Assembly: GCA_027296625.1 (NCBI GenBank)
Contig: JAPUIX010000158.1
Coordinates: 232 to 64,231, forward strand
From: Gammaproteobacteria bacterium
Lineage (GTDB): Bacteria; Pseudomonadota; Gammaproteobacteria; JAKEHO01
Length of the DNA stretch: 64,000 nt
Direction: 5' to 3'
Below the pieces are notes generated by a model. It saw nothing but the letters and a program-made list of their open reading frames with translations, had not been told where the DNA came from and ran no database searches. The position numbers were made by a program, and so were the translations under genes. Every line of letters begins with the position of its first letter. Position 1 is the first letter of the stretch. This document shows, in pieces, positions 25,191 to 36,883 of the stretch.

Positions 25191-26441
25191 TTAGAGGTGA
25201 ATGCTCTCTCGTTCAGCAACCATCTGTATGTCCTTATCCCCGCGGCCCGACAAATTGATCAGAATAATAGCGTCTCTTCCCAACTCTGGCGCCAATCTCG
25301 CGGTGAAGGCTACAGCATGACTTGATTCGAGCGCAGGAATAATTCCCTCTGCGCGTGTCAGCACATGGAAGGCATCAAGCGCTTCTTCGTCATTGACAGC
25401 AGCATACTGAGCACGTCCTGTGTCCTTAAGCCAGGCATGCTCGGGTCCGACACCGGGGTAATCAAGACCAGCGGCTATGGAATGCGTTTCCAAAATCTGG
25501 CCATTGTCGTCTTCTATGAGATAGGTTCGGTTACCGTGCAACACGCCAGGATGTCCGGCACATAAGGATGCCGCATGGTGGCCGGTATCAATTCCATCAC
25601 CCGCCGCCTCAACGCCGTACATGGCAACTTGCAAGTCGCCGATAAATGGGTAAAACAGGCCGATCGCATTAGAGCCGCCTCCCACACAGGCAACCAGCGC
25701 ATCTGGCAATCGTCCCGTCTGTTCAAGACATTGTTGACGCGCCTCGCGGCCGATGATCGCCTGGAAGTCACGCACCATGGCGGGATAGGGATGTGGCCCT
25801 GCAACAGACCCAATAATGTAAAAGGTATCATCAACATTGGTCACCCAATCACGCATCGCCTCATTCAAAGCGTCTTTCAATGTTTTTGAGCCCGACTCGA
25901 CGGGCACCACCTCAGCTCCCAGCAATTTCATGCGATAAACATTGATGGACTGGCGCTGGATGTCACGCGCACCCATATAGACCACACACTGAAGACCCAA
26001 TCGCGCCGCCACTGTTGCAGTCGCCACACCGTGCTGTCCGGCACCGGTCTCCGCAATGATTCGGGTTTTCCCCATGCGTCGCGCGAGGAGCCCTTGTCCC
26101 ACGGTATTATTGATCTTGTGGGCGCCCGTATGATTGAGGTCTTCGCGCTTAAGGTAGATTTGAGCGCCACCATACTGCTCCGATAACCGCTTTGCGTGAT
26201 ACAGGGGCGATGGACGGCCAACATAGTGACGTAGCTCTTCATCCAGCTCGGCGATAAATTGCGGATCGCGTGGATAGTACTCATAGGCTTCTTGGAGCGC
26301 TTCCAAGGGGCCCATAAGCGTTTCCGCCACAAATCGACCCCCATAAGGCCCGAAGTGGCCTTGCGCATCGGGCAGATCGGTGGAGCTCACAGACACATCA
26401 GCAACCGAGCGCGAGCGCAAGCCGACATTACGGATTTGCAT
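25191..26441 (-). CDS. trpB: Tryptophan synthase beta chain
   Basis: [33 protein letters not shown]. Confidence 0.98.
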   Translation of the reverse strand: MQIRNVGLRSRSVADVSVSSTDLPDAQGHFGPYGGRFVAETLMGPLEALQEAYEYYPRDPQFIAELDEELRHYVGRPSPLYHAKRLSEQYGGAQIYLKREDLNHTGAHKINNTVGQGLLARRMGKTRIIAETGAGQHGVATATVAARLGLQCVVYMGARDIQRQSINVYRMKLLGAEVVPVESGSKTLKDALNEAMRDWVTNVDDTFYIIGSVAGPHPYPAMVRDFQAIIGREARQQCLEQTGRLPDALVACVGGGSNAIGLFYPFIGDLQVAMYGVEAAGDGIDTGHHAASLCAGHPGVLHGNRTYLIEDDNGQILETHSIAAGLDYPGVGPEHAWLKDTGRAQYAAVNDEEALDAFHVLTRAEGIIPALESSHAVAFTARLAPELGRDAIILINLSGRGDKDIQMVAERESIHL

Positions 26442-27087
26442 TGGATACTCCTTGCATAAACGCCGCTATCTTAGCCGCATCTTTTATCCCGTGACTGGAT
26501 TCGACTCCACCGCTGACGTCCACGCCGTACGGAGAAACCTCAGCGATTGCTCGCCCCACATTCTCCGGCGTCAAGCCACCCGCGATGATGATGGGTTTGC
26601 TGAGACCCTTAGGCACGATTGCCCAGTCAAATGACGCGCCCGTGCCACCTTGGGTACCCTCCTTGTAGGTGTCGAGCAACAAGGCACATGATTCAGCATA
26701 CTGCGTTTCTATGCTCGCAAGATCGACACCGTCTTGCATTCTAACTGCCTTAATATAGGGTTTGGAATACCGTCGGCATGCCTCTGAGCTTTCTTCTCCG
26801 TGAAACTGCAGTACATCGAGCGGTACCTCCTTAAGAATTGCCTCAATCTCCTCTGGATCAGCGTTAACAAACAGTCCAACCCTGCTTACAAACGGCGGTA
26901 AGACACGCACGATATCCAGCGCCTGCTGGATGGTGACCGCACGGCGACTTCCTTGATAGAAGACCAACCCAATAGCATCCGCTCCCAGATTTGTGGCGCT
27001 CTGCGCATCATCTGACCGGGTGATCCCGCAGATCTTGACTTTTACACGGTGACTGTTCTGCGAATCATGCTTTTGAATTGTTTCCAA
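26428..27087 (-). CDS. trpF: Phosphoribosylanthranilate isomerase
   Basis: [30 protein letters not shown]. Confidence 0.96.
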   Translation of the reverse strand: METIQKHDSQNSHRVKVKICGITRSDDAQSATNLGADAIGLVFYQGSRRAVTIQQALDIVRVLPPFVSRVGLFVNADPEEIEAILKEVPLDVLQFHGEESSEACRRYSKPYIKAVRMQDGVDLASIETQYAESCALLLDTYKEGTQGGTGASFDWAIVPKGLSKPIIIAGGLTPENVGRAIAEVSPYGVDVSGGVESSHGIKDAAKIAAFMQGVSNANP

Positions 27088-27168
27088 CGCGAGCTCCCAA
27101 CAAGTCCTAGATCCATTGTCGAACTGCTACGGGTCCCTGAAAACACAGTGCCTGTGCCCATGCTGACG

Positions 27169-27966
27169 TCACCGCAGTGGCGACAATTCGGGCCATCCGG
27201 AATTGATGACCGCCCGGGGAATATTAAATCGTTCAGGGTATCGCACCTCCATGAGATAGAGACCCTCTGGGGGAGCAGTGACACCGCCTACCGTTCGGTC
27301 ACGTGCTGCCAGGACATCTTTCGCCCAACTTGGATTCTGTTTATCGAGGCCAATTGCCGTCAAGACACCGACGATGTTTCGCACCATATGGTGTAGAAAG
27401 GCATTGGCCTCAATGTCGACGGCAATTAGATCGTCCCTTCGACAGATGTCTAACCGGTGCACTGTGCGCACGGGATTTTTCGCCTGGCATGCCTGTGACC
27501 GATACGACGTAAAATCATGCTCTCCGACGAGATGTGATGCAGCTTCTAACATCCGCTGTTCATTGAGTGGCCTGCATTCCCAAGCCACCTTGCTATCTAA
27601 GAGCCCCGGGCGCACTGTACGATTCAATATGACATAGCGATACGTTCGTCCGATCGCGGAGAAGCGGGCATCAAAATCACCACCAACCTCTTTAGCCCAT
27701 AGCACGCTAATATCTTTTGGAAGATTCGAGTTTGTGCCGAAAATCCAGGAGCGCATATCGCGAACCGCACGCGAATCAATGTGCACAATTTGATTGCAGG
27801 CGTGAACGCCCGTATCCGTACGACCCGCACATTGCGCTTTAACGATGTGGTCAGCAACCTTGGACAAGGCTTCCTCTACAGATGCCTGAACGGTACGCGT
27901 ACCGTTCTGGATCTGCCACCCAAAAAAACGTGTACCGTCGTACTCGATACCCAGTGCAATCCTCAT
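27169..27966 (-). CDS. truA: tRNA pseudouridine(38-40) synthase
   Basis: MRIALGIEYDG, AGRTDTGVHA, AFLHHMVRNIVG; ATGA overlap with the upstream gene. Confidence 0.97.
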   Translation of the reverse strand: MRIALGIEYDGTRFFGWQIQNGTRTVQASVEEALSKVADHIVKAQCAGRTDTGVHACNQIVHIDSRAVRDMRSWIFGTNSNLPKDISVLWAKEVGGDFDARFSAIGRTYRYVILNRTVRPGLLDSKVAWECRPLNEQRMLEAASHLVGEHDFTSYRSQACQAKNPVRTVHRLDICRRDDLIAVDIEANAFLHHMVRNIVGVLTAIGLDKQNPSWAKDVLAARDRTVGGVTAPPEGLYLMEVRYPERFNIPRAVINSGWPELSPLR

Positions 27967-28637
27967 ACGCTGAATTTGATTACCCCCAGCACGAACGCCA
28001 AACCAAGAGGATACATCCATTGCACCCACGTCGGATGAGAAAAGTCGCCTATTTCAATATTATCCAGTGGCGCCTCCTCTGCCTCATTCAAAACCGAGCA
28101 CATCAACTGAGAGACGGACTGACTCATGGCTGAGATTGGGTTGTCTCTGAATTTCGCTGCAACCACATACTGAGCAAGCCTTTCTTGAACCCTCGGGACC
28201 AAGTCCAGAACTAACGCAAGGCGCAGTGCGAGTCGCTCACGCGGGATGCCAAGACACCCCAATGGCTTCGCCAGCCAATAGATCCCCGCTAGCAATTGCT
28301 CCCGGGAGGTGGTTTTGGATAGAAGGTTCACGGCGATAATCAGCAACGCAAGTGCAGACGCCCGTTCCACCCCGAGTATCAGACCATGTTGCATCGATGT
28401 TTGACCGCCGGTCCCGGTGGTAACGCCTGTCGGCAACCACAAATAGATGATCATGACACCGAGGAGCAACCAACGCATCCGCCAGAGGGGACGCATTATC
28501 GCTCGAAAACTGGCTTTATCCGTTACGCCATACCCGAACGCTAGCAGGAGTGCTGCGGCAACCAGTACTTGCACGTCGCCGCTTGATAAAAAAGCAGCGA
28601 GTACGAGAACACATAAAATACGGGCTACAGGATGCAT
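27963..28637 (-). CDS. EcfT/CbiQ-like membrane protein (orphan ECF T component)
   Basis: MHPVARI start, TM helices, TTSREQLLAGIYWLAKPL...ERLALRLAL coupling-helix-like motif. Confidence 0.7.
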   Translation of the reverse strand: MHPVARILCVLVLAAFLSSGDVQVLVAAALLLAFGYGVTDKASFRAIMRPLWRMRWLLLGVMIIYLWLPTGVTTGTGGQTSMQHGLILGVERASALALLIIAVNLLSKTTSREQLLAGIYWLAKPLGCLGIPRERLALRLALVLDLVPRVQERLAQYVVAAKFRDNPISAMSQSVSQLMCSVLNEAEEAPLDNIEIGDFSHPTWVQWMYPLGLAFVLGVIKFSV

Positions 28638-28769
28638 GATGACTTTTCGCGCGCCCTGATAGCTTCACATCTATTTTGAAGAGAGGCGCAATTACACTGA
28701 CAATATGGTTACTCGAAGAATTGGCAAAGGGCAACAGCCGCCCACGATTAGGGGCTTAACACTACGTGC

Positions 28770-31700
28770 TTAAGTCGCTTGTTTCAGAAGTTCTTGAGCA
28801 TCCTGCTTTTGTTCTTCTGTTCCCTCTTTTACGACCTCATCAAGAATTGTCTTGGCGCTATCAGAATCGCCTAACTCAATATAGGCCTTGGCAAGATCAA
28901 GTTTAGTTGCTGCTTCGTCGGCAGCGGTTTGCTGTTCCGCGTCCGGCACGCGCGGTATGGATACGGTATCCGCAAACTCCGGCTCTTCTTCCGTCTCCGC
29001 TGCCAGAATCGGAACAGTGTCCTCCGACAGGGACTCTGAAGGCGCCGCCTCAGTAGGACGGGTGTCCTCCATATCGACCAGTTCAAAATCTAAGCCCTGT
29101 CCAGAAGGTGCTTCAGATGCGGGTTCCGGTTCATCCGCACCGCCAGCATCGCTTAGGTCAACTTCCATCACATTGTCTTCGTGGGTTTCCTCAGCGGCGT
29201 CAATGTCCCCACCAGGGGAAGAGATATCAAAGACGTCGGCGTCTTTTGCCGCTTCCTCTTCTGCGCCACCCACCTCCGATCCGCCAACTTCAAACTCGAT
29301 AGTACTGAAATCACTTGCTCCGGCAGTATCTTTGATCTCTTCGTCCGCTTCACTCGTAGACGTCACATCCAACAAGTCCTCACGAGTATCCAAGGTCCCT
29401 TCGCTTGTCAGGCTCACATCAAGCAGATCCTCTCCCTTCGACATCATTGCGGCACTACTCGCGGTGATATCCAACATCGATTCATCATCTTCGTCTAGCT
29501 GTCCTGCGGTGATCTCCAGCACCGGTTTAATCCCTTCCTCGGTCTGCGTGCCCCCTGTAACGTCTACCATCTCTTCGCCCACATCAGCGGCTTCGCCAGC
29601 CGAGACCGTAAGATCCAAGACTTCTTCTTCACTTTCCACCTCACCACTGCGTGTCAGATCCAGCACCTCATGTGCCTGCGCAATCCCTGGCTCCGTTGTA
29701 TCGGACACATCCAACTCAAAGTCGAGCACCGCATCCTCTTCGGCTTCACCCGCTGCGGCACGTTCACTTACGGTATCGTCAAACGTGTCCTCTCCTTTGG
29801 GGGCAAACGTCACAGTGGTATCAGTGACAATGGGCACTTCATCACGCGTGATATCAAGCACATCCGAGCCGGTGCTTCCCCCGAGCAGCTCCACGACCGG
29901 CGTTACGTCTTCCTCCCCAGGTTTGGGTGTTTCAAATAACGCTCGGTCCGGTGACATCTCCTGCCACATAGCCACAGCCATCTCCCAAATCTGTCCCTCT
30001 CCACCGACAGCATCGCGCAGTTCGCGAGCGTATTCTTCATACGCTTTCTTGTTGTTTGCAGCGTAATAAACCTCTAGCAACTTCAGCTTGTACTCGTGCC
30101 GATCGGGCGATTTTTCCATCGCAGCTTTGACAAATTCCTCTGCTTGGTCAAATCGTTCGTAGGCCAAGTAAATATTAATCTCAGCGAGCGGATCCTCTTC
30201 CGCCTCGCCGGACGGCGCAGCCTCCGTGGCCACCGGAGAAGCCTCTTCAGCCGGCGGGGAGGTGGCCGGCTTGGGCATCTCGGCTGCATCCAGCGCCACG
30301 GTTTCGGCTTTCGTCACATCCACTACCTCTTCCATTTCCTCCAGCTCTACCGTCTCGCCGAAATCCTCATCGGCAAAACCTGGAAGCTCGATCAATTCCG
30401 CAGCCTCGGCCTGCCGACGTCTGTGCACAACGACCGCATAACCAAGGAGCAACAAGACCAAACCACCTGCAACCCCGAGCATTGTCCTCGTGTTGCCCAT
30501 CACAAACCCTTTGGCGGCGTCAAAATACCCGCGCGCCGTGTCGGCAAAACCTACAATGACATCCTTAACGGAGCCCAGGATTTCCTGCACCATTGCCATG
30601 GGCCCTGCTGATGTCCCGGCCTCAGACTCCGGCCCAGATACGACAACAACTTCTTCTTCAACGCCCTCTTCCAAACCTGCCTCTTCCATTAACGGAGAAG
30701 TCTCAGTCACCTTCGCAACTTCTCCAAGCTCTTCAGGCGCAAGCGGCGGGGGCTCAGCCTGTCGCTTCGCCAACTCAGCCTGCAGTGCAGCGAGCTGATC
30801 GTCCTTAAGCGAGATCAGGCGCCGCAAGTCGATCACCAACTCTTCCGACTCTTCTAGGCGATTCTTGATCTCTACATTTTCTTGCCGCAGCGCCTCGACC
30901 GTCTCATTGACCAAGGCCAATTTCTTACTAAGCTCCGCCGCCGGGGCTCCATCCGCTGGTGCTTCAGCGACCTGCTGGACCGTGCCGACGCCTTCCTTTG
31001 ACGGACTGACCAGTTTGAGCTCCGATTCCTCTGTAACTTCGTCGGGCGTGGCCGCCGCCTCTGTACCTGGCTTTTCGATGGCGCCGGCGCCAACGGTACG
31101 TGGACCCGCCGTGCTTGCAACAGTCTGGCGGTATTCATCCCAGAGGGCATACTGTCCCTTGACCTCCGCTAGGGCTTCAGCCTTGTTAAGTGCTGTCACT
31201 TCGTCCCGATCCGGGATCCGCAGGATATGATCTTTGTAGAGGCCATTGACGTTATCACGGGAAAAGGCGTTCGGATTCGCACGCAACAGTGCCAGCATCA
31301 TCTGCTGCACACTCACTGAAGTGTCAGGACGGAAGTGCTTTGCCAGCGACCAGAGCGTATCACCGGCGATCACGGGACCGTATTCACCATCCACAGCCGC
31401 CGGGTGCGGCGCGTAATCAGGAATGTGGCCGGGGCCATACTGGACGTCGTGACTGATATCAGGTGCCGATGGTGCCGGCGGTGAGGGCCTCGATTCAACC
31501 ATCTTCGGCGCTTCCACCGGCGCTGCATAGCTTGGCGCCTCACGAGTCGGTGCGGCAGCCGCTTCAGGCGCCTCGAACTCGGCAACCTCGACGGTCGCCT
31601 CATACACCGGTGGATCGAGGAGCACTGTGTATTCACGCAACAGACGCCCTCTTGACCAATTCAATTCAATCAAAAAGTCGAGAAACGGCTCGCGGATCGG

Positions 31701-31997
31701 CTCAGGGGAAGTGATCCGGATGTAATCAGGTCCTGTCTCGTTGCTAATTACTGCGAAACGGAGCTTCGAGAGGATGAACGGTCTGTCGATACCCGCCTTT
31801 CTAAAGGCGTCCATGTCGGCGAGCCCAATAGTGAGGCTATCGAGCTCATCGGGTTTTGCCTTCAACAATACGATCCTGGCATCAAACGATTGATTCAAGG
31901 CCGAATTAAGCTCTAGCTCGCCCAGCCCGAGCCCCTGAATCACGCTGGGCACACTGAAGGCTGACACAGCCAGGACCAGAACCAGTATCCGTTTCAT
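28770..31997 (-). CDS. fimV: Polar landmark protein FimV/HubP
   Basis: Signal peptide, LGLGELELNSALNQ, LREYTVLLDPP, LysM-like GDTLW, TM, acidic linker, C-terminal KLDLAKAYIELGD. Confidence 0.95.
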   Translation of the reverse strand: MKRILVLVLAVSAFSVPSVIQGLGLGELELNSALNQSFDARIVLLKAKPDELDSLTIGLADMDAFRKAGIDRPFILSKLRFAVISNETGPDYIRITSPEPIREPFLDFLIELNWSRGRLLREYTVLLDPPVYEATVEVAEFEAPEAAAAPTREAPSYAAPVEAPKMVESRPSPPAPSAPDISHDVQYGPGHIPDYAPHPAAVDGEYGPVIAGDTLWSLAKHFRPDTSVSVQQMMLALLRANPNAFSRDNVNGLYKDHILRIPDRDEVTALNKAEALAEVKGQYALWDEYRQTVASTAGPRTVGAGAIEKPGTEAAATPDEVTEESELKLVSPSKEGVGTVQQVAEAPADGAPAAELSKKLALVNETVEALRQENVEIKNRLEESEELVIDLRRLISLKDDQLAALQAELAKRQAEPPPLAPEELGEVAKVTETSPLMEEAGLEEGVEEEVVVVSGPESEAGTSAGPMAMVQEILGSVKDVIVGFADTARGYFDAAKGFVMGNTRTMLGVAGGLVLLLLGYAVVVHRRRQAEAAELIELPGFADEDFGETVELEEMEEVVDVTKAETVALDAAEMPKPATSPPAEEASPVATEAAPSGEAEEDPLAEINIYLAYERFDQAEEFVKAAMEKSPDRHEYKLKLLEVYYAANNKKAYEEYARELRDAVGGEGQIWEMAVAMWQEMSPDRALFETPKPGEEDVTPVVELLGGSTGSDVLDITRDEVPIVTDTTVTFAPKGEDTFDDTVSERAAAGEAEEDAVLDFELDVSDTTEPGIAQAHEVLDLTRSGEVESEEEVLDLTVSAGEAADVGEEMVDVTGGTQTEEGIKPVLEITAGQLDEDDESMLDITASSAAMMSKGEDLLDVSLTSEGTLDTREDLLDVTSTSEADEEIKDTAGASDFSTIEFEVGGSEVGGAEEEAAKDADVFDISSPGGDIDAAEETHEDNVMEVDLSDAGGADEPEPASEAPSGQGLDFELVDMEDTRPTEAAPSESLSEDTVPILAAETEEEPEFADTVSIPRVPDAEQQTAADEAATKLDLAKAYIELGDSDSAKTILDEVVKEGTEEQKQDAQELLKQAT

Positions 31998-32193
31998 CGG
32001 TCGTAAACTCTGCTTAAATTCCCGAACAAAGAAGATCTGCGGAGCTTGGCCCAGGCATTGCTGAGCACCGGATAGGGCCCAGCCCGGCGAACGTCGCTTA
32101 CGTAGTTCCCCCGGAACCGGGACTTTAGCGCTCGCGGTCTCCAAGCAGCCACAAGACTTCGAATGTGCTTTACAATTACACCTTAAATATAGT

Positions 32194-33216
32194 TTATAAG
32201 TAGTCTTTTACCAAAATTTCAGCGATTTGAACACTATTTAGTGCCGCCCCTTTCCGCACGTTGTCGGAGACGACCCACAGGTCCACTCCCCTAGGATGAG
32301 AGATATCCTCCCGGATGCGCCCCACGTAGACGGCATCACAACCTGACGCCTCGGTCACAGCGGTTGGATAACTATCATTCTGACGTCCATCCAGCACGAC
32401 GACGCCTGGTGCCGTGGCTAAGAGTTTTCGCACATCATCGGCCGCAATCTTCTCGCGTGTCTCGATATGAATTGCTTCAGAATGACCATAGAATACGGGC
32501 ACGCGCACTGTGGTTGGGTTCACCTTGATGCGCTCATCATCGAAAATCTTTTGCGTCTCCCACACCATCTTCATCTCTTCCTTCGTGTACCCGTTGTCCT
32601 GGAACCCATCGATGTGCGGCAGAACATTAAAGGCAATTTGTTTGGGGTATACTGAGGGTTTAATCGGTTTCCCATTAAGTAGTGCTGCTGTTTGGGCGAC
32701 AAGCTCTTCAATTGCCTCCTTACCAGTCCCTGACACCGCCTGATATGTACAAACATTTATCCGCTCTATGCCAACCTCATCGTAGATAGGCTTAAGCGCT
32801 ACAACCATCTGTATTGTTGAGCAGTTCGGATTTGCAATAATGCCGTGGTTTCTGTAGCCAGCAATCGCATGCGCATTCACTTCTGGAACAACCAGAGGAA
32901 TGTCTTTCTCGTAGCGAAATCTCGATGTGTTATCGATGACAACACTCCCCGCCGCCGATGCTCTTGGAGCATGGACATCGGAGACGGATGCTCCCGCTGA
33001 GAATAGACTGATGTCAACGCCAACAAAGTCAAAGGATTCGAGCTCTTGGACAGCCAACTCTTGGCCCTTGCAATCTATCTTCGTACCGGCAGATCGAGCG
33101 CTTGCAAGCAGATAGAGTTCGTTAACCGGAAAATCGCGTTCCACTAGGATCGACACCATCGCCTCGCCAACTGCACCGGTGGCACCTACCACAGCAACAT
33201 TAAACTTGCGAGTCAT
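32194..33216 (-). CDS. asd: Aspartate-semialdehyde dehydrogenase
   Basis: VVGATGAVG, ANPNCST, DNVRKGAALN. Confidence 0.97.
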   Translation of the reverse strand: MTRKFNVAVVGATGAVGEAMVSILVERDFPVNELYLLASARSAGTKIDCKGQELAVQELESFDFVGVDISLFSAGASVSDVHAPRASAAGSVVIDNTSRFRYEKDIPLVVPEVNAHAIAGYRNHGIIANPNCSTIQMVVALKPIYDEVGIERINVCTYQAVSGTGKEAIEELVAQTAALLNGKPIKPSVYPKQIAFNVLPHIDGFQDNGYTKEEMKMVWETQKIFDDERIKVNPTTVRVPVFYGHSEAIHIETREKIAADDVRKLLATAPGVVVLDGRQNDSYPTAVTEASGCDAVYVGRIREDISHPRGVDLWVVSDNVRKGAALNSVQIAEILVKDYL

Positions 33217-33293
33217 ATTCCTTGATCAGTCCTTCTCACTACCAACCTAATATTGAGCGTGTCATATCATTAAGCAACCGATCGCTTATCTTC

Positions 33294-34367
33294 TCAGCCC
33301 AACGCAGCAACAACGGCATCACCCATTTCTCGCGTGCTTACTTTGCGCGTTCCGGGCGAGTAGATGTCTGGTGTACGCATGCCCCTGCCTAACACGGAGC
33401 GAACCGCCTGCTCGACCCGCCCGGCAAGTTGTGGCTCTGAGAGCGTGTAACGCAACATCATCGCCACGGAAAGTATGGTGGCTAAGGGATTTGCCGTATT
33501 CTGCCCCGCAATTTCTGGCGCCGACCCGTGGATCGGCTCATACAACCCCTTACTCTTCTCATCGATTGACGCCGATGGCAACATTCCGATTGACCCACTC
33601 AACATCGAGGCAAGATCAGACAAAATGTCGCCAAACAGGTTGGTCGTCACAATCACATCAAACTGTTTTGGTTGGCGGACCAGCTGCATTGCTGCATTAT
33701 CCACATACATGTGGGTAAGTTGCACATTCGGATAGTCGTGCGAAATACCGTCAACAACTTCGCGCCACAGCTGTAAGCTCTCCAGCACATTGGCTTTATC
33801 TACTGAACACACCCGCCGCTTGCGCGTCAAGGCAATACTAAACGCCGTATGGGCAATGCGCTCAATTTCTGACTCTCGGTAAATCAGCGTATTTAAGCCC
33901 ACGCGCTCGCCATTCTCCGAGACCTCGACACCACGTGGCTCGCCAAAATAGATCCCACCTGTCAGCTCGCGAACAATTAGGATATCAAGGCCTGCCACTA
34001 CATCAGGTTTTAGGGACGAGGCCGCCTCAAGCTCTGGATAAAGGATGGCTGGTCTAAGATTCGCAAACAGGCCAAGATCAAAACGCAGCCTTAATAGCCC
34101 CTTTTCCGGCCGCATCGATGCGTCCAGCGACTCCCACTTCGATCCGCCCACGGCCCCCAATAGTATGGCGTCACAGCCTCGCGCGAGCGAAATTGTTTCC
34201 GCTGGCAGCGGATCGCCTACACTATCAAGCGCAGCACCCCCCACAAGACCTTGACTGAGGGTCACGTCAAGACCGTGGCCGCTCTTGAGCGTCTCAATCA
34301 CCTTAACGGCTTCGGCAACGATTTCCGGCCCGATCCCATCGCCTGGAAGCACAAGTACTTTTTTCAT
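33294..34367 (-). CDS. leuB: 3-isopropylmalate dehydrogenase
   Basis: [36 protein letters not shown]. Confidence 0.97.
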   Translation of the reverse strand: MKKVLVLPGDGIGPEIVAEAVKVIETLKSGHGLDVTLSQGLVGGAALDSVGDPLPAETISLARGCDAILLGAVGGSKWESLDASMRPEKGLLRLRFDLGLFANLRPAILYPELEAASSLKPDVVAGLDILIVRELTGGIYFGEPRGVEVSENGERVGLNTLIYRESEIERIAHTAFSIALTRKRRVCSVDKANVLESLQLWREVVDGISHDYPNVQLTHMYVDNAAMQLVRQPKQFDVIVTTNLFGDILSDLASMLSGSIGMLPSASIDEKSKGLYEPIHGSAPEIAGQNTANPLATILSVAMMLRYTLSEPQLAGRVEQAVRSVLGRGMRTPDIYSPGTRKVSTREMGDAVVAALG

Positions 34368-34636
34368 CGTTTCACCAACAATCGAATGGTGTCCGCCGAC
34401 ACGCCACCTAAAAAGTGAGTAAGGATACTCCAAGGGTTGATAAGAAAACACACCGAACCATTGCTGTTTCACCGCGCAAGCGACAATGCCCTAATCTGCT
34501 CACCATCGCGCTTGGGTTCCCCGCAGCGCTCAATAACCGACTAATTCGCAGACAGCCGCCCGCCAATACCGGCTTCTGACGCTCGGTCCAGACACACTTT
34601 TTGGCTTGCTCGGTTTACAGCTTCGGGCACGTGCGA

Positions 34637-34665
34637 TTGGAGAGCATATTTGGATAGCCTATACT
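34637..34665 (+). promoter_or_regulatory. Putative sigma70 promoter of dapC-dapD
   Basis: TTGGAG-17 nt-TATACT. Confidence 0.5.
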
Positions 34666-34705
34666 ACGCGCGTTTTGCACCCATCCGGGGTAAAGAAACG
34701 GTTCG

Positions 34706-35905
34706 ATGAACCTCAGCCTTTCCGCACTGCAGCCGTATCCGTTTGAGAAGCTTAACCAGCTTATAAAGAACGTCACACCCCCGGAGGGAAAACCGCCGAT
34801 CAACCTTTCGATCGGTGAACCTAAACATCCGACGCCACGGTTCATAACGGAAAGCATGATCGAGCATCTAGAGACTACGGCAACGTATCCGACGATACGT
34901 GGCAATGTGGAACTCCGTGCCGTCATCGCTGACTGGCTAATAGCCCGGTTTTCACTTCCTGCAGGTAGCCTAAGTGGCGATCAAAACGTTCTACTGGTCA
35001 ACGGAACACGGGAAGCCCTGTTTGCCTTCGCTCAATGTGTCGTTGACAACACGCAAGAGCGTCCAGTTGTCGTGATAATCAATCCTTTTTATCAAATCTA
35101 TGAGGGCGCAGCTCTGTTAGCCGGGGCAGAACCCTGGTATATGAACTGCGTAGAAGAGCATGAGTTCCTTCCCGATTTCCAAGCGGTGCCAGAAGAAGTC
35201 TGGCAACGATGCCAATTATTGTATCTCTGCTCGCCCGGTAACCCGACAGGTGCCGTAATAGACACCGCCACGTATTCGGCGCTGCTTGAGCTCGCTGATG
35301 AATTTGACTTTATTATTGCCTCGGATGAATGTTATTCAGAGATCTACCTGGTTGAGGACGATCCCCCTGTCGGACTTCTACACGCCGCTGCAGTAAGCGG
35401 ACGTACTAACTACCAACGCTGTATAGTCTTTCATAGTCTTTCCAAACGCTCCAATGCCCCAGGCATGCGTTCGGGTTTTGTAGCCGGTGATGCCCAGCTT
35501 ATCCAGGCGTTTTTTGTGTACCGCACCTATCACGGCTGCGCCATGCCACTCTATACACAGGCCGCCAGTTTACTCGCGTGGCAGGATGAGAAACACGTGC
35601 GACATAATCGGGCATTGTACCGAGAAAAGTTCGAGGCAGTGCTGGACACCCTGACCCCCGTAATGAAGGTACACCGGCCCAAAGCAAGCTTTTATCTATG
35701 GCCAGAAACTCCCATCGATGACACTAACTTTGCATACGGACTCATCGAGCGTCAAAATGTAACTGTTCTGCCGGGGAGTTTCCTTTCACGAACGGCTAAC
35801 GGGGTGAATCCTGGACACCGCCGTATACGGATTGCACTGGTCGCACCGCTCGACGAATGTGTGGAAGCTGCTGTGCGGATTCGGGATTACATTAATACCT
35901 CATAA
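34706..35905 (+). CDS. dapC: Succinyldiaminopimelate transaminase
   Basis: LQPYPFEKL, NPFYQIYEGA, SDECYSE, SLSKRSN; precedes dapD. Confidence 0.95.
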   Translation: MNLSLSALQPYPFEKLNQLIKNVTPPEGKPPINLSIGEPKHPTPRFITESMIEHLETTATYPTIRGNVELRAVIADWLIARFSLPAGSLSGDQNVLLVNGTREALFAFAQCVVDNTQERPVVVIINPFYQIYEGAALLAGAEPWYMNCVEEHEFLPDFQAVPEEVWQRCQLLYLCSPGNPTGAVIDTATYSALLELADEFDFIIASDECYSEIYLVEDDPPVGLLHAAAVSGRTNYQRCIVFHSLSKRSNAPGMRSGFVAGDAQLIQAFFVYRTYHGCAMPLYTQAASLLAWQDEKHVRHNRALYREKFEAVLDTLTPVMKVHRPKASFYLWPETPIDDTNFAYGLIERQNVTVLPGSFLSRTANGVNPGHRRIRIALVAPLDECVEAAVRIRDYINTS

Positions 35906-35929
35906 ATTAGTGTGGGCTAGTACACCTGT

Positions 35930-36751
35930 ATGGACAAACTCCAAAAGGCGATCGAAGAAGGCTTTAACAACCGAGCCGATATCACGCCAAAAAACGTCGC
36001 AAAACCAATCAAAGATGCTGTGCTCGAATGCATCAGTTTATTAGACAGCGGTTCGCTGCGCGTCGCGGAGAAGAAACAGGGCAATTGGACAGTCAATGAA
36101 TGGCTAAAAAAAGCTGTGCTGCTTTACTTCCGGATAGAGGACAATCATTTAATTAGCGGTTCATTTACAAACTATTATGACAAGGTGCCCCTAAAATTCG
36201 CTGGCACCAACATACAAGACTTTACAGACATCGGCGCTCGTGTTGTGCCACCAGCGACTGCACGCTTCGGAAGCTACATTGCGCCGGACGTGGTGCTCAT
36301 GCCATGCTATGTGAATATTGGCGCGTATATTGATAGCGGCACGATGGTGGATACCTGGGCTACCGTAGGCTCCTGTGCCCAGATCGGAAAAAACGTGCAT
36401 CTTTCCGGAGGCGTCGGCATCGGTGGTGTGCTTGAGCCGGTTCAGGCTACCCCAACGATCATTGAAGACAACTGTTTTGTTGGCGCCCGGTCCGAGATCG
36501 TCGAAGGCGTTGTTGTCGGCGAGGGCTCGGTGATCTCGATGGGCGTGTACATTGGCCAAAGCACCAAGATTTACAACCGACAATCTGGCGAGGTGAGCTA
36601 TGGGCGTGTCCCTCCGGGCTCGGTTGTTGTATCTGGGAACCTACCCGCAAAAGACGGTAGCCACAGCCTTTATTGCGCTGTGATCGTTAAGCAAGTCGAT
36701 GAGAAAACGCGCGCTAAAGTAGGCATCAACGAGTTGCTCCGCAACATTTAA
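35930..36751 (+). CDS. dapD: Tetrahydrodipicolinate N-succinyltransferase
   Basis: [21 protein letters not shown] hexapeptide repeats, INELLR. Confidence 0.98.
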   Translation: MDKLQKAIEEGFNNRADITPKNVAKPIKDAVLECISLLDSGSLRVAEKKQGNWTVNEWLKKAVLLYFRIEDNHLISGSFTNYYDKVPLKFAGTNIQDFTDIGARVVPPATARFGSYIAPDVVLMPCYVNIGAYIDSGTMVDTWATVGSCAQIGKNVHLSGGVGIGGVLEPVQATPTIIEDNCFVGARSEIVEGVVVGEGSVISMGVYIGQSTKIYNRQSGEVSYGRVPPGSVVVSGNLPAKDGSHSLYCAVIVKQVDEKTRAKVGINELLRNI

Positions 36752-36883
36752 AGCGTCAACGTACGCAGGGCAAAATACAATACCCAGTACAGAAAAGCGC
36801 CGTTGGCAAAATATTCTATCGTCGCGTGAGCGCCGATGCGCTCTTGCAAACCCATGGATGACCGTCGTACCGGTACCTTATAT

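Noticed and set aside
28888-30066. 392-aa plus-strand Ser-rich ORF
   Set aside because: Antisense shadow of the acidic FimV linker; low complexity with no family motifs.
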